Source: Gemmatimonadota bacterium (GTDB taxonomy: Bacteria > Gemmatimonadota > Gemmatimonadetes > Gemmatimonadales > GWC2-71-9). From it: 64,000 nucleotides of DNA. Positions within the stretch are counted from its first letter, which is position 1; each line of letters starts with the position of its first letter. The notes below the pieces were generated by a model that saw nothing but the letters and a program-made list of their open reading frames with translations, was not told the origin of the DNA and did no database searches. Both the position numbers and the translations under genes were made by a program. Shown piece by piece: positions 28,641-37,554 of this stretch. Location of the stretch: NCBI GenBank assembly GCA_039588295.1, contig JBDHAB010000007.1:32001-96000 (forward strand), in the 5' to 3' direction.

Positions 28641-30074
28641 TCACACCCCCGACGTGCTGCTCTCCTCCGTGAGCGACTTCTGACCCCACGCAAACGCTTC
28701 CTCGTTCAGCCCGAGCAGCGCGCAGTCCTGCTTGAGCGCCTCCCGCATGACGGCGACGAAGCTTTCGCGCGGGAACAACTCGGTGGCAGCCTGCAGCGCA
28801 CCGAGGGCAACGACGTTCTTGACCATCTTCTTCCCGAGCTCAACCGCGATCTGGGTGAACGGTACGCCATGCAGCGTGATGCCGGGTAGCGCCGGTACGT
28901 TCGCGATCACCGAACTGTCATAGAGGATCGTGCCGCCCGGTCGCACGTTCGGACCAAATTTTTCCAGACTCGGCGCGTTGAACACGACCAAGATATCCGG
29001 CTCCGGACATGCCGGTGAGAGCACCTCGTCGGTGGCGACACGCACATCGGCATAGGACGTCCCACCCCGGGATTCCGGACCGTAGCTCGGGATGTAGGTC
29101 GAGTCGAATCCCTCGTTGATGGCGGCGCGAGTCGTCAGCAGCGCGATCGTCTGTGCCCCATCTCCACCGGCACCGGCAAACTTGATCGCGATGTCTTCCT
29201 CATCGATATGAGAGGGAAACCCGGTTCCGAACCGACTCGGTGGCTCCGTCGTGCTCCCAATGACCGCTGCGACCTCATCCGGCTCGAAGCTGGGTCGTCC
29301 CAGATCAAACCACGGCTCGACCTCCACGTCCTTCTTCACGCCCAGCGGGAAGATGGGCACCATGCACTCTTTGACCCACTGCTCGGTCTCCAGTGGGGTC
29401 AGGCGTAGATGCGTCGGGCATTCCGACAGCACCTCGACAAAGGAGAGCCCGCGCCGCTCGACTTGGAGACGGACGGCCTTCTTGATCGCCTTCTTCGCAC
29501 GCACACGCTGCTTGTTGTCGAACAGCGCGACGCGCTCGACGTAGACTGGGCCGTCCATCTGGCCAACCATTTCGGCCATCTTGAGCGGCTCCCCGGTCAA
29601 GCGGTCGCGACCGGCCGGCGTCGTCGTCGTACGCTGTTCCCGCAGCGTGGTGGGGGCCATCTGCCCCCCGGTCATGCCGTAGATCGCATTGTTGATGAAG
29701 ATGAAGGTCATCGGGAGACCCATCTGCACCGCCTGGATGATCTCGGCGAGGCCGATCGCGGCCAGGTCCCCATCCCCTTGATAACTGACCACCACGGCGT
29801 CGGGGTTGGCCATCTTGTGGCCGATCGCGACGGCTGGAGCCCGTCCGTGCGCCGCCTGCGTGTTTCCGACATCGAGGTAGTAGTACATGAAGACCGCGCA
29901 CCCCACGGGCGAAACCGCAACGGTCCGGTCTTGTACATCCAATTCGGCGATCGACTCCGCCAGATACTTGTGTGCCAACCCGTGACCGCATCCGGCGCAG
30001 TAATGCGTGGTGAGCCCTTTGAGGCCTTGACCCTGCGCATGGCGCGCGAAGCGCTCGTAGAAGACGCTAGACAT
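28641..30074 (-). CDS. 2-oxoacid:ferredoxin oxidoreductase beta-gamma fusion (VOR type)
   Basis: HYCAGCGHG, HGRAPAVA, GDGD...NNAIYGMTGGQ TPP motif; gamma domain AGAGGDG, SYGPESRGG. Confidence 0.9.
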   Translation of the reverse strand: MSSVFYERFARHAQGQGLKGLTTHYCAGCGHGLAHKYLAESIAELDVQDRTVAVSPVGCAVFMYYYLDVGNTQAAHGRAPAVAIGHKMANPDAVVVSYQGDGDLAAIGLAEIIQAVQMGLPMTFIFINNAIYGMTGGQMAPTTLREQRTTTTPAGRDRLTGEPLKMAEMVGQMDGPVYVERVALFDNKQRVRAKKAIKKAVRLQVERRGLSFVEVLSECPTHLRLTPLETEQWVKECMVPIFPLGVKKDVEVEPWFDLGRPSFEPDEVAAVIGSTTEPPSRFGTGFPSHIDEEDIAIKFAGAGGDGAQTIALLTTRAAINEGFDSTYIPSYGPESRGGTSYADVRVATDEVLSPACPEPDILVVFNAPSLEKFGPNVRPGGTILYDSSVIANVPALPGITLHGVPFTQIAVELGKKMVKNVVALGALQAATELFPRESFVAVMREALKQDCALLGLNEEAFAWGQKSLTEESSTSGV

Positions 30075-31485
30075 GGCCGGCCTCCGCGAGGGCGGTGATT
30101 TTGTCCACGATTTCTTGCTGTGAGGGCAACACACCGCCCATCCGTCGGACGTGGTGAATCGGTGGCCCGTCCCTGACGTCGGCGTGGCTCAGCGCGAGCC
30201 GAAGCTCGTCTTCGAGTTGGCCGGCTCCAGCCTCGACGACGACGACGCCCCGCACTCCGTCCAGCAGGGGGAGCAGCCGGGTGATTGGGAATGGCCAGAG
30301 CGTGATCGGGCGGAACAATCCAGCCTTGATTCCCCCGTGTCGGAGCGCCCGTATGGCGCCTTTCGCCATCCGCGCCGGCGTGTTGCAGGCCACGACGATC
30401 CACTCGGCATCGTCGCAGTGGAACTCGTCCGCACGCTGTTCACGCTCAGTCATCCGCTCGTACTTTGCGTTCAGCTCGGCGTTCCGGGCCTCGAGCCGGG
30501 CTTCGTTGAGGTCAATCGACGAGTTCAACATCCCACGGTGAGCAGCGTCTCCGTACACCGCCCAACCCGGAAGTCCGGGCCGTGTGAGTTCTCGGGGGAG
30601 CGTGACGCGACCCGTCATCTGACCCATGTACCCGTCGCAGGCGAGGACCACGGGGTTGCGGTACTCGAACGCCAGGTCAAACGCGCGCATCGTCAAATCC
30701 AGCATCTCCTGGGGCGTGGATGGGGCAAAGACCAGTGCGTGCGTGTTGCCGTGGCCGAGCCCGCGGCACACCAGTTTGATGTCGCCCTGCTCGGGCGCGA
30801 TGTTGCCGAGCCCGGGACCGCCGCGCATGACGTTGATGAAGACACCCGGGATCTCGGCGCCGATCATGTAGGAAATCCCCTCTAACATGAGGCTGAACCC
30901 CGGGGACGACGTGAACGTCATGCATCGCATTCCGGCGCCCCCACAGCCATACATCATGTTGACCGTGGCGACTTCGCTGACCGCCTGCACGAATATGCCA
31001 TCGAGCTGCGGCAGCAGCTTGGCCATGAGTTCGGCGCCCTCGGTGGACGGGGTGATGGGGTAGCCGAAGAAGTGCCGGCAGCCCGCGAGCAGCGCGCCAA
31101 TGGCGGCTGCGTGGTTGCCCTTGAGCACCATGGGCTCGAGATGGGACAACGCGATGGTCGAATCGGGAACGGATTCCGGTTGGGTTCCGACGGTCTCGGT
31201 TCGATCGAAGTACGTGTACGGGTCAGACACCACCATGTCGATTCCGTCCAGCTCGGGCGGTGTTGCCATGAGGCCGTGCGGTTCGGGGCATGCCGAGATA
31301 CAGAGCCCGCACCCGTTGCACACCTCTAAGTCCACGGTAACCGGCGTGAAGCCGGTAACGGGATCGATTTCCGTCCCGAGCTCGATGCAGTGCTTAGGGC
31401 ACGCCTCGATGCACCTGCCGCACGCTTTGCAGAGGTGGGGAAAGAGGAACGGTTTTGGCCGGCTCTTGACCTTCGCAGTCACCAT
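30067..31485 (-). CDS. 2-oxoacid:ferredoxin oxidoreductase ferredoxin(delta)-alpha fusion (2-oxoisovalerate VOR type)
   Basis: Two CxxCxxCxxxCP motifs; GYPITPSTE, TSSPGFSLM, RGGPGLGNI. Confidence 0.9.
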   Translation of the reverse strand: MVTAKVKSRPKPFLFPHLCKACGRCIEACPKHCIELGTEIDPVTGFTPVTVDLEVCNGCGLCISACPEPHGLMATPPELDGIDMVVSDPYTYFDRTETVGTQPESVPDSTIALSHLEPMVLKGNHAAAIGALLAGCRHFFGYPITPSTEGAELMAKLLPQLDGIFVQAVSEVATVNMMYGCGGAGMRCMTFTSSPGFSLMLEGISYMIGAEIPGVFINVMRGGPGLGNIAPEQGDIKLVCRGLGHGNTHALVFAPSTPQEMLDLTMRAFDLAFEYRNPVVLACDGYMGQMTGRVTLPRELTRPGLPGWAVYGDAAHRGMLNSSIDLNEARLEARNAELNAKYERMTEREQRADEFHCDDAEWIVVACNTPARMAKGAIRALRHGGIKAGLFRPITLWPFPITRLLPLLDGVRGVVVVEAGAGQLEDELRLALSHADVRDGPPIHHVRRMGGVLPSQQEIVDKITALAEAGHV

Positions 31486-31489
31486 AGTA

Positions 31490-33751
31490 TCACGTTCCCT
31501 GTCTCAGGCACCGAAGTCGTCGTTCGCAGTACGTGCCGAAGATCCGCAGCGCGCGATCCGCCGTCCGGAATGTGGGTATGCCGTGCTGTTCGAGCAGCGT
31601 TGCCATCGGCACGTAGCGTGGCCCAGCGTCCACCACCGCAACCCAGGGCTTGGTGGTCGTCTGCGCGGTGGCAATCAGGCGACGCACCACCGATTGTGGA
31701 TCGTCAATATCCTCACCGTGTGTGGCATCTCGGGCGAGGGTGTTGAGCGCGCCGGTCAGTGGCACACACCCCACGATCCCAACGTCAACGTTCTCATCGC
31801 ACAACACAGTCGTCATCGCTTCCTCGTAGCCCGCGTCATCCATGATCGGGGTCAGATCGAGGGGGTTCCGCGCCTCCACGACGTCCTGAAGCCGTCTGCC
31901 TGTGAGCAGTGCGCCCAACCGTCGCACGGTGTCGCCAGTGAACGGTGCGAGCTGGAACGGACCGAGGTTGTCTGCCATGGTCACGCACTCAAACCCGGCA
32001 TTCGACACGGCACCAAGTCTGGAGCCGCGAACGACTCTGCGTCCAAGATAGCAGAACACCTTGACCAGATCATCAAAATCGGCCAGCGAGTCCGCAACGA
32101 CCACCCCGGCTTCGGTCGCGAGCTCACGGCAGACCGCATAATCACCCGCGACGGCGGCGGTATGTGACGCCGTTGCTCCCGCACCTGCGGGAGTGCGGCC
32201 GGCGCGATACAGCACCACGTCACGGCCGCTCGATGCGATCTCCGCCGCGGCGTCGAGCCACCGGTGTCCGTCACCGGGCTGGAACCCTTCGACATAGCAC
32301 GCGAACACGTCGATCTCGGGATCGTCTTTCAGATACGTCAGGTAATCACTGACGGTCAAATCGGTCTGGTTGCCAACGGAGATCGAGAACCGCGGGTTGA
32401 GCCCCAGGAACCTACTGGCACGTGCCACGGCAAAAGCGCCGCTCTGAGAGATTAGGGCGAGCGGCGTCGCTGCGCCACGTTTCGGCGGGAGCTTGTACTC
32501 CGGAATGAACGTGGTGTCGTACCGTCCCGGGATCGAGCGGACCCCCAGGCAATTCCCCCCGTTCAGGACGGGTCCTCCCCATTCGGTCGGGCGCGACGCG
32601 TGCAGCGCCTCGAGAATGTCATGCTGGAGCTGCGCCGTGCCACCCTTCTCACCCAGGCCGCCAGGAATCACGATGAGGCTCTCGGCCTTGCGGCCGGCCA
32701 CGACTTCCCGAACCGCGTCGGGCACCTGCGAAGCGGCTACACTCAGGACGAGGAGATCGACGCACCCGGGCAATGCCGTAATGCTGGCAAAGCATCGAAC
32801 CCCGTCGATTTCCCCGGCGTCGGGCTTGACGATTGCCATGCGTTCGGCGGGGAAACCCTCCCGGAGCATGTTCCGGAGGATGATGCGGCCGGGATTGAGC
32901 CGCTCAGACACGCCGACGATGGCGGCGGACTTCGGCTCGAGCAGCGCCTTGAGCTTGTGGATGGGCCGGTCCGGTCGCCGCCCCGGTTCACCGGCTCGGA
33001 GCGTCACCAGCACGTCGAGGGCGGTGGGGCCGTGCTCGCCGGGAACCAGCGGGTTGATCTCGAACTCGCCGATCTGCGTTGCGGCGTCACTGCGCGCGAA
33101 CGCCAACGCCGTCTCGACCAGCGAAACCAGAACCGGCATGTCGAACGCCACGCCCCCACCCCCACCCCGCTCCATGCCGGCCGCGAGCCGTGCGAATGCC
33201 TTCGATGCGAGCGATCGCTCGATCTGATTCCTCGATCTCGTGTGCGCACCGAAGACCGCGGCAGCGCGACCCGCCTGCAACTCGGCCGACAGCAACTCGG
33301 CGTGCATCCCCCCAGGCCCGATGGTCACGACCGGACCGAAGTCGTCGGTCCATCGCATGCCGAGCAGGAGCTCGCCTCCCAGCGCCCGATCGTAGTCGAC
33401 ATGGGCGTTCAGTGCGAACCCCACCACCGCCTGCTCGGCGAGGCTCGATTCCATGGTGCGGACGGCCTCACGCACCGTTCCCGGGTGGTTGCGCACGATC
33501 GCGACCGCGCCGACTTCGGTCTTGTGCACGATACGGGCTGAAACGGCCTTGATGACGACGAGGTCCGTGCCGAGCTGGCGGAGATCACCGTCGTCGACGT
33601 CGGCACTCGAGCGCACCAACACGGCGGCGGGCACCTCGATGCCAAGACACTCGACGATCCGGGCCGCTTCCGGTTGCAGCAGCACGCGCCGGTGCTCCGC
33701 CCGCGCGGCGTCGAGCACCTGTGCGATGTTGTCGGACGTCGCTGTGACCAC
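31490..33751 (-). CDS. ADP-forming acetate/acyl-CoA ligase, beta(ATP-grasp)-alpha domain order
   Basis: N-terminal HKTEVGAV, FGPVVTIG, EINPL; then CoA-binding PKSAAIVG, GNCLG, SQSGA, ASHTA phospho-His, NPLDLT. Confidence 0.85.
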   Translation of the reverse strand: MVTATSDNIAQVLDAARAEHRRVLLQPEAARIVECLGIEVPAAVLVRSSADVDDGDLRQLGTDLVVIKAVSARIVHKTEVGAVAIVRNHPGTVREAVRTMESSLAEQAVVGFALNAHVDYDRALGGELLLGMRWTDDFGPVVTIGPGGMHAELLSAELQAGRAAAVFGAHTRSRNQIERSLASKAFARLAAGMERGGGGGVAFDMPVLVSLVETALAFARSDAATQIGEFEINPLVPGEHGPTALDVLVTLRAGEPGRRPDRPIHKLKALLEPKSAAIVGVSERLNPGRIILRNMLREGFPAERMAIVKPDAGEIDGVRCFASITALPGCVDLLVLSVAASQVPDAVREVVAGRKAESLIVIPGGLGEKGGTAQLQHDILEALHASRPTEWGGPVLNGGNCLGVRSIPGRYDTTFIPEYKLPPKRGAATPLALISQSGAFAVARASRFLGLNPRFSISVGNQTDLTVSDYLTYLKDDPEIDVFACYVEGFQPGDGHRWLDAAAEIASSGRDVVLYRAGRTPAGAGATASHTAAVAGDYAVCRELATEAGVVVADSLADFDDLVKVFCYLGRRVVRGSRLGAVSNAGFECVTMADNLGPFQLAPFTGDTVRRLGALLTGRRLQDVVEARNPLDLTPIMDDAGYEEAMTTVLCDENVDVGIVGCVPLTGALNTLARDATHGEDIDDPQSVVRRLIATAQTTTKPWVAVVDAGPRYVPMATLLEQHGIPTFRTADRALRIFGTYCERRLRCLRQGT

Positions 33752-33889
33752 ACGGCCCCCAAGCTGTAACGGACCCGGCCCGCGCCGGCGGGCTTCCAGG
33801 AAAGGTCATGGGGAGGGCGTAATCTGGCTATGAAAGTTCTTTAAAGCGTTCTTAGAGGCCCACTTGCAGGCTCGACCCCGGGCGCCGGA

Positions 33890-34924
33890 TCACTCCCCGT
33901 GCGGGCGTCTTCCCGTTGCGTACGCCCGGGCCGCCTCAGCACGCGCTGCGGCGTCCCCAAAGATCTTCTCTCCATCGAACCGGCCGTTCTCGATGAAGAT
34001 CTCCGAGATATCGAACCCCGCGGTGATGCTCCCGGCGAGATGAACGCCCGGCACGGACGTCTCGAGGGTCCCAGGGTCCAGCTCGGGTCGGCCCGTGGCC
34101 GCATCGTAGGCGACCCCGACCCGGTCGAAGAGGGAAAGATCCGGACGAAATCCGGTGAGGGCATACACGCGGTCGGCAGGCAACCGCTCGTGGCTCCCGT
34201 CGGCCCGCTCGATGTGCACGCATTGTCCGTCGATGGCGAGCACGTGGGCTCCCAACCGTGCGGCGATTTCGCCCGCTTCGATCCGGTTCAGGATGTCGGG
34301 GCGCAGCCAGTACTTCACCGAGCGGGAGAAGGCGGTCCCACGGTAGACCAGAGTCACGCGGGCTCCGGCCCGAAACAGCTGCAGGGCGGCTTCGACGGCG
34401 GAATTCCGACCGCCGATGACGACGACATCGAGGCCATAGCTCAGGTGTGCCTCGTCGAAGTAATGGCGGACGTGTGGAGGATCCTCGCCGCTCACGCCCA
34501 AGAGGTTGGGCTGATCGAAATACCCTGTTGCCAAGACCATGCGCCCGCAGGTCACCTGCTCCGTGCTCCTGCCGGTGTCGACGATGCACCGGATCGCCCG
34601 TTCGATGGGTTCCGCCTCGACGAGGCGCGTGTAGGTTTGCACGCGCAAGCCCTCGGCCCGCGCGACACCACGGTAGTACTTGAGCGCCTCCTCGCGCGTG
34701 GGCTTGGCGCCGGCGCACACGAGGGGGTGACCCCCAATCTCGAGCCGCTCCGGCGTGGTGAAGAACACCATGCCGACGGGGTAGTGGACGATGGAGTTGG
34801 CCACTGCTCCGGCATCGATCACGAGGGGATCGAACCCGCGCCGGCGTGCTGAGATCGCGCACGCGAGTCCGATCGGACCGGCGCCCACGATCAGAACGTC
34901 TTCGCTGCGTGTGGGGGGCTTCAT
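33890..34924 (-). CDS. ypdA: YpdA-family putative bacillithiol disulfide reductase
   Basis: GAGPIG, FFTTPERLEIG, KPTREEALKYY, ATGYFD, GGRNSA, VKYWLRPD, FIENGR. Confidence 0.9.
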   Translation of the reverse strand: MKPPTRSEDVLIVGAGPIGLACAISARRRGFDPLVIDAGAVANSIVHYPVGMVFFTTPERLEIGGHPLVCAGAKPTREEALKYYRGVARAEGLRVQTYTRLVEAEPIERAIRCIVDTGRSTEQVTCGRMVLATGYFDQPNLLGVSGEDPPHVRHYFDEAHLSYGLDVVVIGGRNSAVEAALQLFRAGARVTLVYRGTAFSRSVKYWLRPDILNRIEAGEIAARLGAHVLAIDGQCVHIERADGSHERLPADRVYALTGFRPDLSLFDRVGVAYDAATGRPELDPGTLETSVPGVHLAGSITAGFDISEIFIENGRFDGEKIFGDAAARAEAARAYATGRRPHGE

Positions 34925-35014
34925 TTCAGTGTCGACGTTGGTACTGTTCCTAGGGATCGGAGCTGAGGGAGCCTCCTCGTTGGCAAATGTAACGCCCTTG
35001 CTGCTGGGTTGGCG

Positions 35015-36142
35015 ATGAATCGGACCGTCTTGGTGCTAGGAGGGTATGGCGGCGCGGGCCGTCGGATCACGGAGCTATTGGCGCGGGAGTCCGGGGTGCG
35101 GGTCGTGGTGGGTGGGCGGCAACTGGGCCCGGCGCAGGGATGGGCGGCGGAGCTCAACCGCGAGCTTCGAAGTGAGCGAGTCACCGCCGTCCTAGCGGAA
35201 GCTTCCAACCCGAGCCTGCTCAGGAAGGCGTTGGCCGACGTCGACCTCGTCGTGGTTGCGTCGAGCACGGCTGCACACGTTGCCACGGTGGCCCAAGCGG
35301 CGATCGAGGCCGAGGTGGATTACCTGGATATCCAATACTCCACGTCGAAGCTACGTGTGCTGGACTCGATGAGGGCTGAGATCGAGCGGCGAGGTCGCTG
35401 CTTCATTACCGACGGCGGCTTCCACCCGGGACTGCCTGCGGTTCTCATCCGCTTCGCCGCCGGCTTCCTGGACCGCCTGCAGCGGGCGAACGTGGCGGCT
35501 GTGGCGAGAATCGATTGGCGGAATCGCACGGTTGCAGCATCGACGAGCACGGAGTTTGCGGAGGAACTGCGGCATTACGAGCCGACGGTGCTCAAGCGAG
35601 GCACATGGGCCCGCTCCCGTTGGTGGGAACGCAAGCGATTCGCGTTTGGCAAGCCGTTCGGGACGTTGTCCACGGTGCCGATGCAACTCGGGGAGATGCG
35701 GAACCTCCCGCATCAGTTTCCCATGCTGGTCGATGCGGGATTCTACGTTGCCGGACTCAATTGGTTTGTCGACTATCTTGCGATGCCGTTCGGCATGCTG
35801 GCGCAGCGTCTGGCGGGTGATCGCGCCACGCCGGCGGTCGGGAAGCTGATCGGGTGGGGGCTGCGAACCTTCACAGTGCCCCCCTACGGGACCGTGGCAG
35901 TCGTCGAGGCGAGCGGGTGGAAGAAGGGGAGGTTGGTGGCAGTCCGAGGTCGGATCGCTCACGAGGACGGTTACGAGCTGACCGCGATCACGGTTGTGGG
36001 GTGTCTGCTCCAATACCTGGACGGTTCCGCAAGACGACCGGGGCTGTGGCATCAGGCGCACCTCGTCGATCCGCGCCGGCTCGTGACGGACTTGGAGCGC
36101 CTCGGCGCCACGGTCGAGTACGATCTGGAGGTCGAGACATGA
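35015..36142 (+). CDS. Saccharopine dehydrogenase / lysine 6-dehydrogenase-like NAD(P) oxidoreductase
   Basis: VLGGYGGAG Rossmann fold, VDYLDI, DGGFHPGLP, DGYELTA. Confidence 0.7.
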   Translation: MNRTVLVLGGYGGAGRRITELLARESGVRVVVGGRQLGPAQGWAAELNRELRSERVTAVLAEASNPSLLRKALADVDLVVVASSTAAHVATVAQAAIEAEVDYLDIQYSTSKLRVLDSMRAEIERRGRCFITDGGFHPGLPAVLIRFAAGFLDRLQRANVAAVARIDWRNRTVAASTSTEFAEELRHYEPTVLKRGTWARSRWWERKRFAFGKPFGTLSTVPMQLGEMRNLPHQFPMLVDAGFYVAGLNWFVDYLAMPFGMLAQRLAGDRATPAVGKLIGWGLRTFTVPPYGTVAVVEASGWKKGRLVAVRGRIAHEDGYELTAITVVGCLLQYLDGSARRPGLWHQAHLVDPRRLVTDLERLGATVEYDLEVET

Positions 36143-36186
36143 ACGCTCTACGGTGGGCGGGCATCATGGGAGAGAGACCGGTATGA
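36139..36186 (+). CDS. Putative 15-aa bridging peptide MNALRWAGIMGERPV
   Basis: GGAGG SD at 36127; ATGA overlap with the upstream stop and with the downstream start. Confidence 0.35.
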   Translation: MNALRWAGIMGERPV

Positions 36187-37529
36187 CGCAGCGCGCTGTC
36201 ATTTTGGGTGCGGCAGGACGTGACTTTCACAATTTCAACGTCTTCTTCAGGGGCAACCCCGAATATCACGTCGTCGCGTTCACTGCGACACAGATTCCGG
36301 ATATCGACGGACGCCGCTATCCGCCGGAGCTTGCCGGCGAGGGGTATCCAGACGGCGTACCGATCGAGGCCGAGCAGGATCTCAGCCGACTGATTCGCGA
36401 CAAGAGCGTAGACGTCGCCGTGTTTGCCTATAGCGATGTTTCGCACGAGCACGTGATGCACGTCGGTGCTCGGGCCATGGCGGCTGGGGCGAGCTTCCTG
36501 CTCCTGGGCCCACGGCAGACCATGCTCACGGCGAAGGTTCCGGTCATCTCGGTCTGTGCCGCGCGGACGGGAGCCGGAAAGAGCCAGACGAGTCGACGAG
36601 TAGCGGCCATCTTGCGGAGCAAGGGGAAGCGGATCGTCGTGGTGCGCCATCCGATGCCGTATGGCGACTTGACCCGGCAGGCCGTCCAGCGGTTTGCGAG
36701 CTTCGAAGATCTCGATGCACACCGCGTCACCATTGAAGAGCGAGAGGAGTACGAGCCGCACATTCGCGCGGGCTGCGTGGTGTATGCGGGGGTTGATTAC
36801 GAGCGGATTCTGCAGCGGGCCGAGCAAGAGGCGGACGTGATCATTTGGGACGGCGGCAACAACGACCTGCCCTTCTACAGGCCCGATCTCCACATTGTGG
36901 TGGTCGACCCCCATCGGGCGGACCACGCGAAGCGGTACCACCCAGGGGAAACGAATGTCCGGATGGCGGACGTCATCGTCGTGAACAAGGTGGGAACGGC
37001 CGGTTTGGCGGAAGTGGAGCAGGCACGGAGCGTAGCCATGGATCTCAACCCCGACGCGGTAGTCATCGAGGCGGCAAGCCCGATCTTGGTCGAGGAGCCA
37101 GCGTATATCCGTGGCAAGCGGGTACTGGTCATCGAAGACGGACCGACACTCACCCACGGTGAGATGGCGTACGGGGCGGGCTGGGTGGCTGCTCGCCGCT
37201 TCGGAGCGGCGGAGATCGTTGACCCGCGGCCCCATGCCGTCGGGTCGATTCGGGAGACGTTCGAGCGGTACCCCACGACAGGCGCGGTACTGCCCGCTAT
37301 GGGATACGGTACGCAGCAGGTGGATGAGTTGGCTCGAACCATTGCGGCGGTCCCTGCCGATCTCGTGTTGATTGCCACGCCAATCGATCTGCGCCATCTC
37401 ATTGATTTCGACAAGCCGACGCTTCGCGTACGTTATGAGCTTCAGGAGATCGGACGTCCGACTCTGGAGGACGTCCTCTCGGGCTTCGATGACGGAGCGG
37501 GCTCGGTCGAAGGAGTGGCGGCTCCGTAG
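36183..37529 (+). CDS. arcE: COG2403 P-loop protein (cDPG-synthetase-like); probable arginine synthetase ArcE
   Basis: GAAGRDFHNFN, FTATQIP, RTGAGKSQT, RHPMPYG, TIEEREEYEP, WDGGNND, EDGPTLTHG, LPAMGY. Confidence 0.75.
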   Translation: MTQRAVILGAAGRDFHNFNVFFRGNPEYHVVAFTATQIPDIDGRRYPPELAGEGYPDGVPIEAEQDLSRLIRDKSVDVAVFAYSDVSHEHVMHVGARAMAAGASFLLLGPRQTMLTAKVPVISVCAARTGAGKSQTSRRVAAILRSKGKRIVVVRHPMPYGDLTRQAVQRFASFEDLDAHRVTIEEREEYEPHIRAGCVVYAGVDYERILQRAEQEADVIIWDGGNNDLPFYRPDLHIVVVDPHRADHAKRYHPGETNVRMADVIVVNKVGTAGLAEVEQARSVAMDLNPDAVVIEAASPILVEEPAYIRGKRVLVIEDGPTLTHGEMAYGAGWVAARRFGAAEIVDPRPHAVGSIRETFERYPTTGAVLPAMGYGTQQVDELARTIAAVPADLVLIATPIDLRHLIDFDKPTLRVRYELQEIGRPTLEDVLSGFDDGAGSVEGVAAP

Positions 37530-37554
37530 CGCTGCAGTCGAGAGGAGATCCGCT

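Noticed and set aside
33828..33846. Rex operator upstream of the fermentation operon (CTATGAAAGTTCTTTAAAG)
   Set aside because: AT-rich and weakly palindromic, but too many mismatches to TTGTGAA-N4-TTCACAA
36183..37529. Cyclic 2,3-diphosphoglycerate synthetase
   Set aside because: No 2-phosphoglycerate kinase nearby, and the GAAGRDFHNFN N-terminus fits the ArcE-like subgroup better
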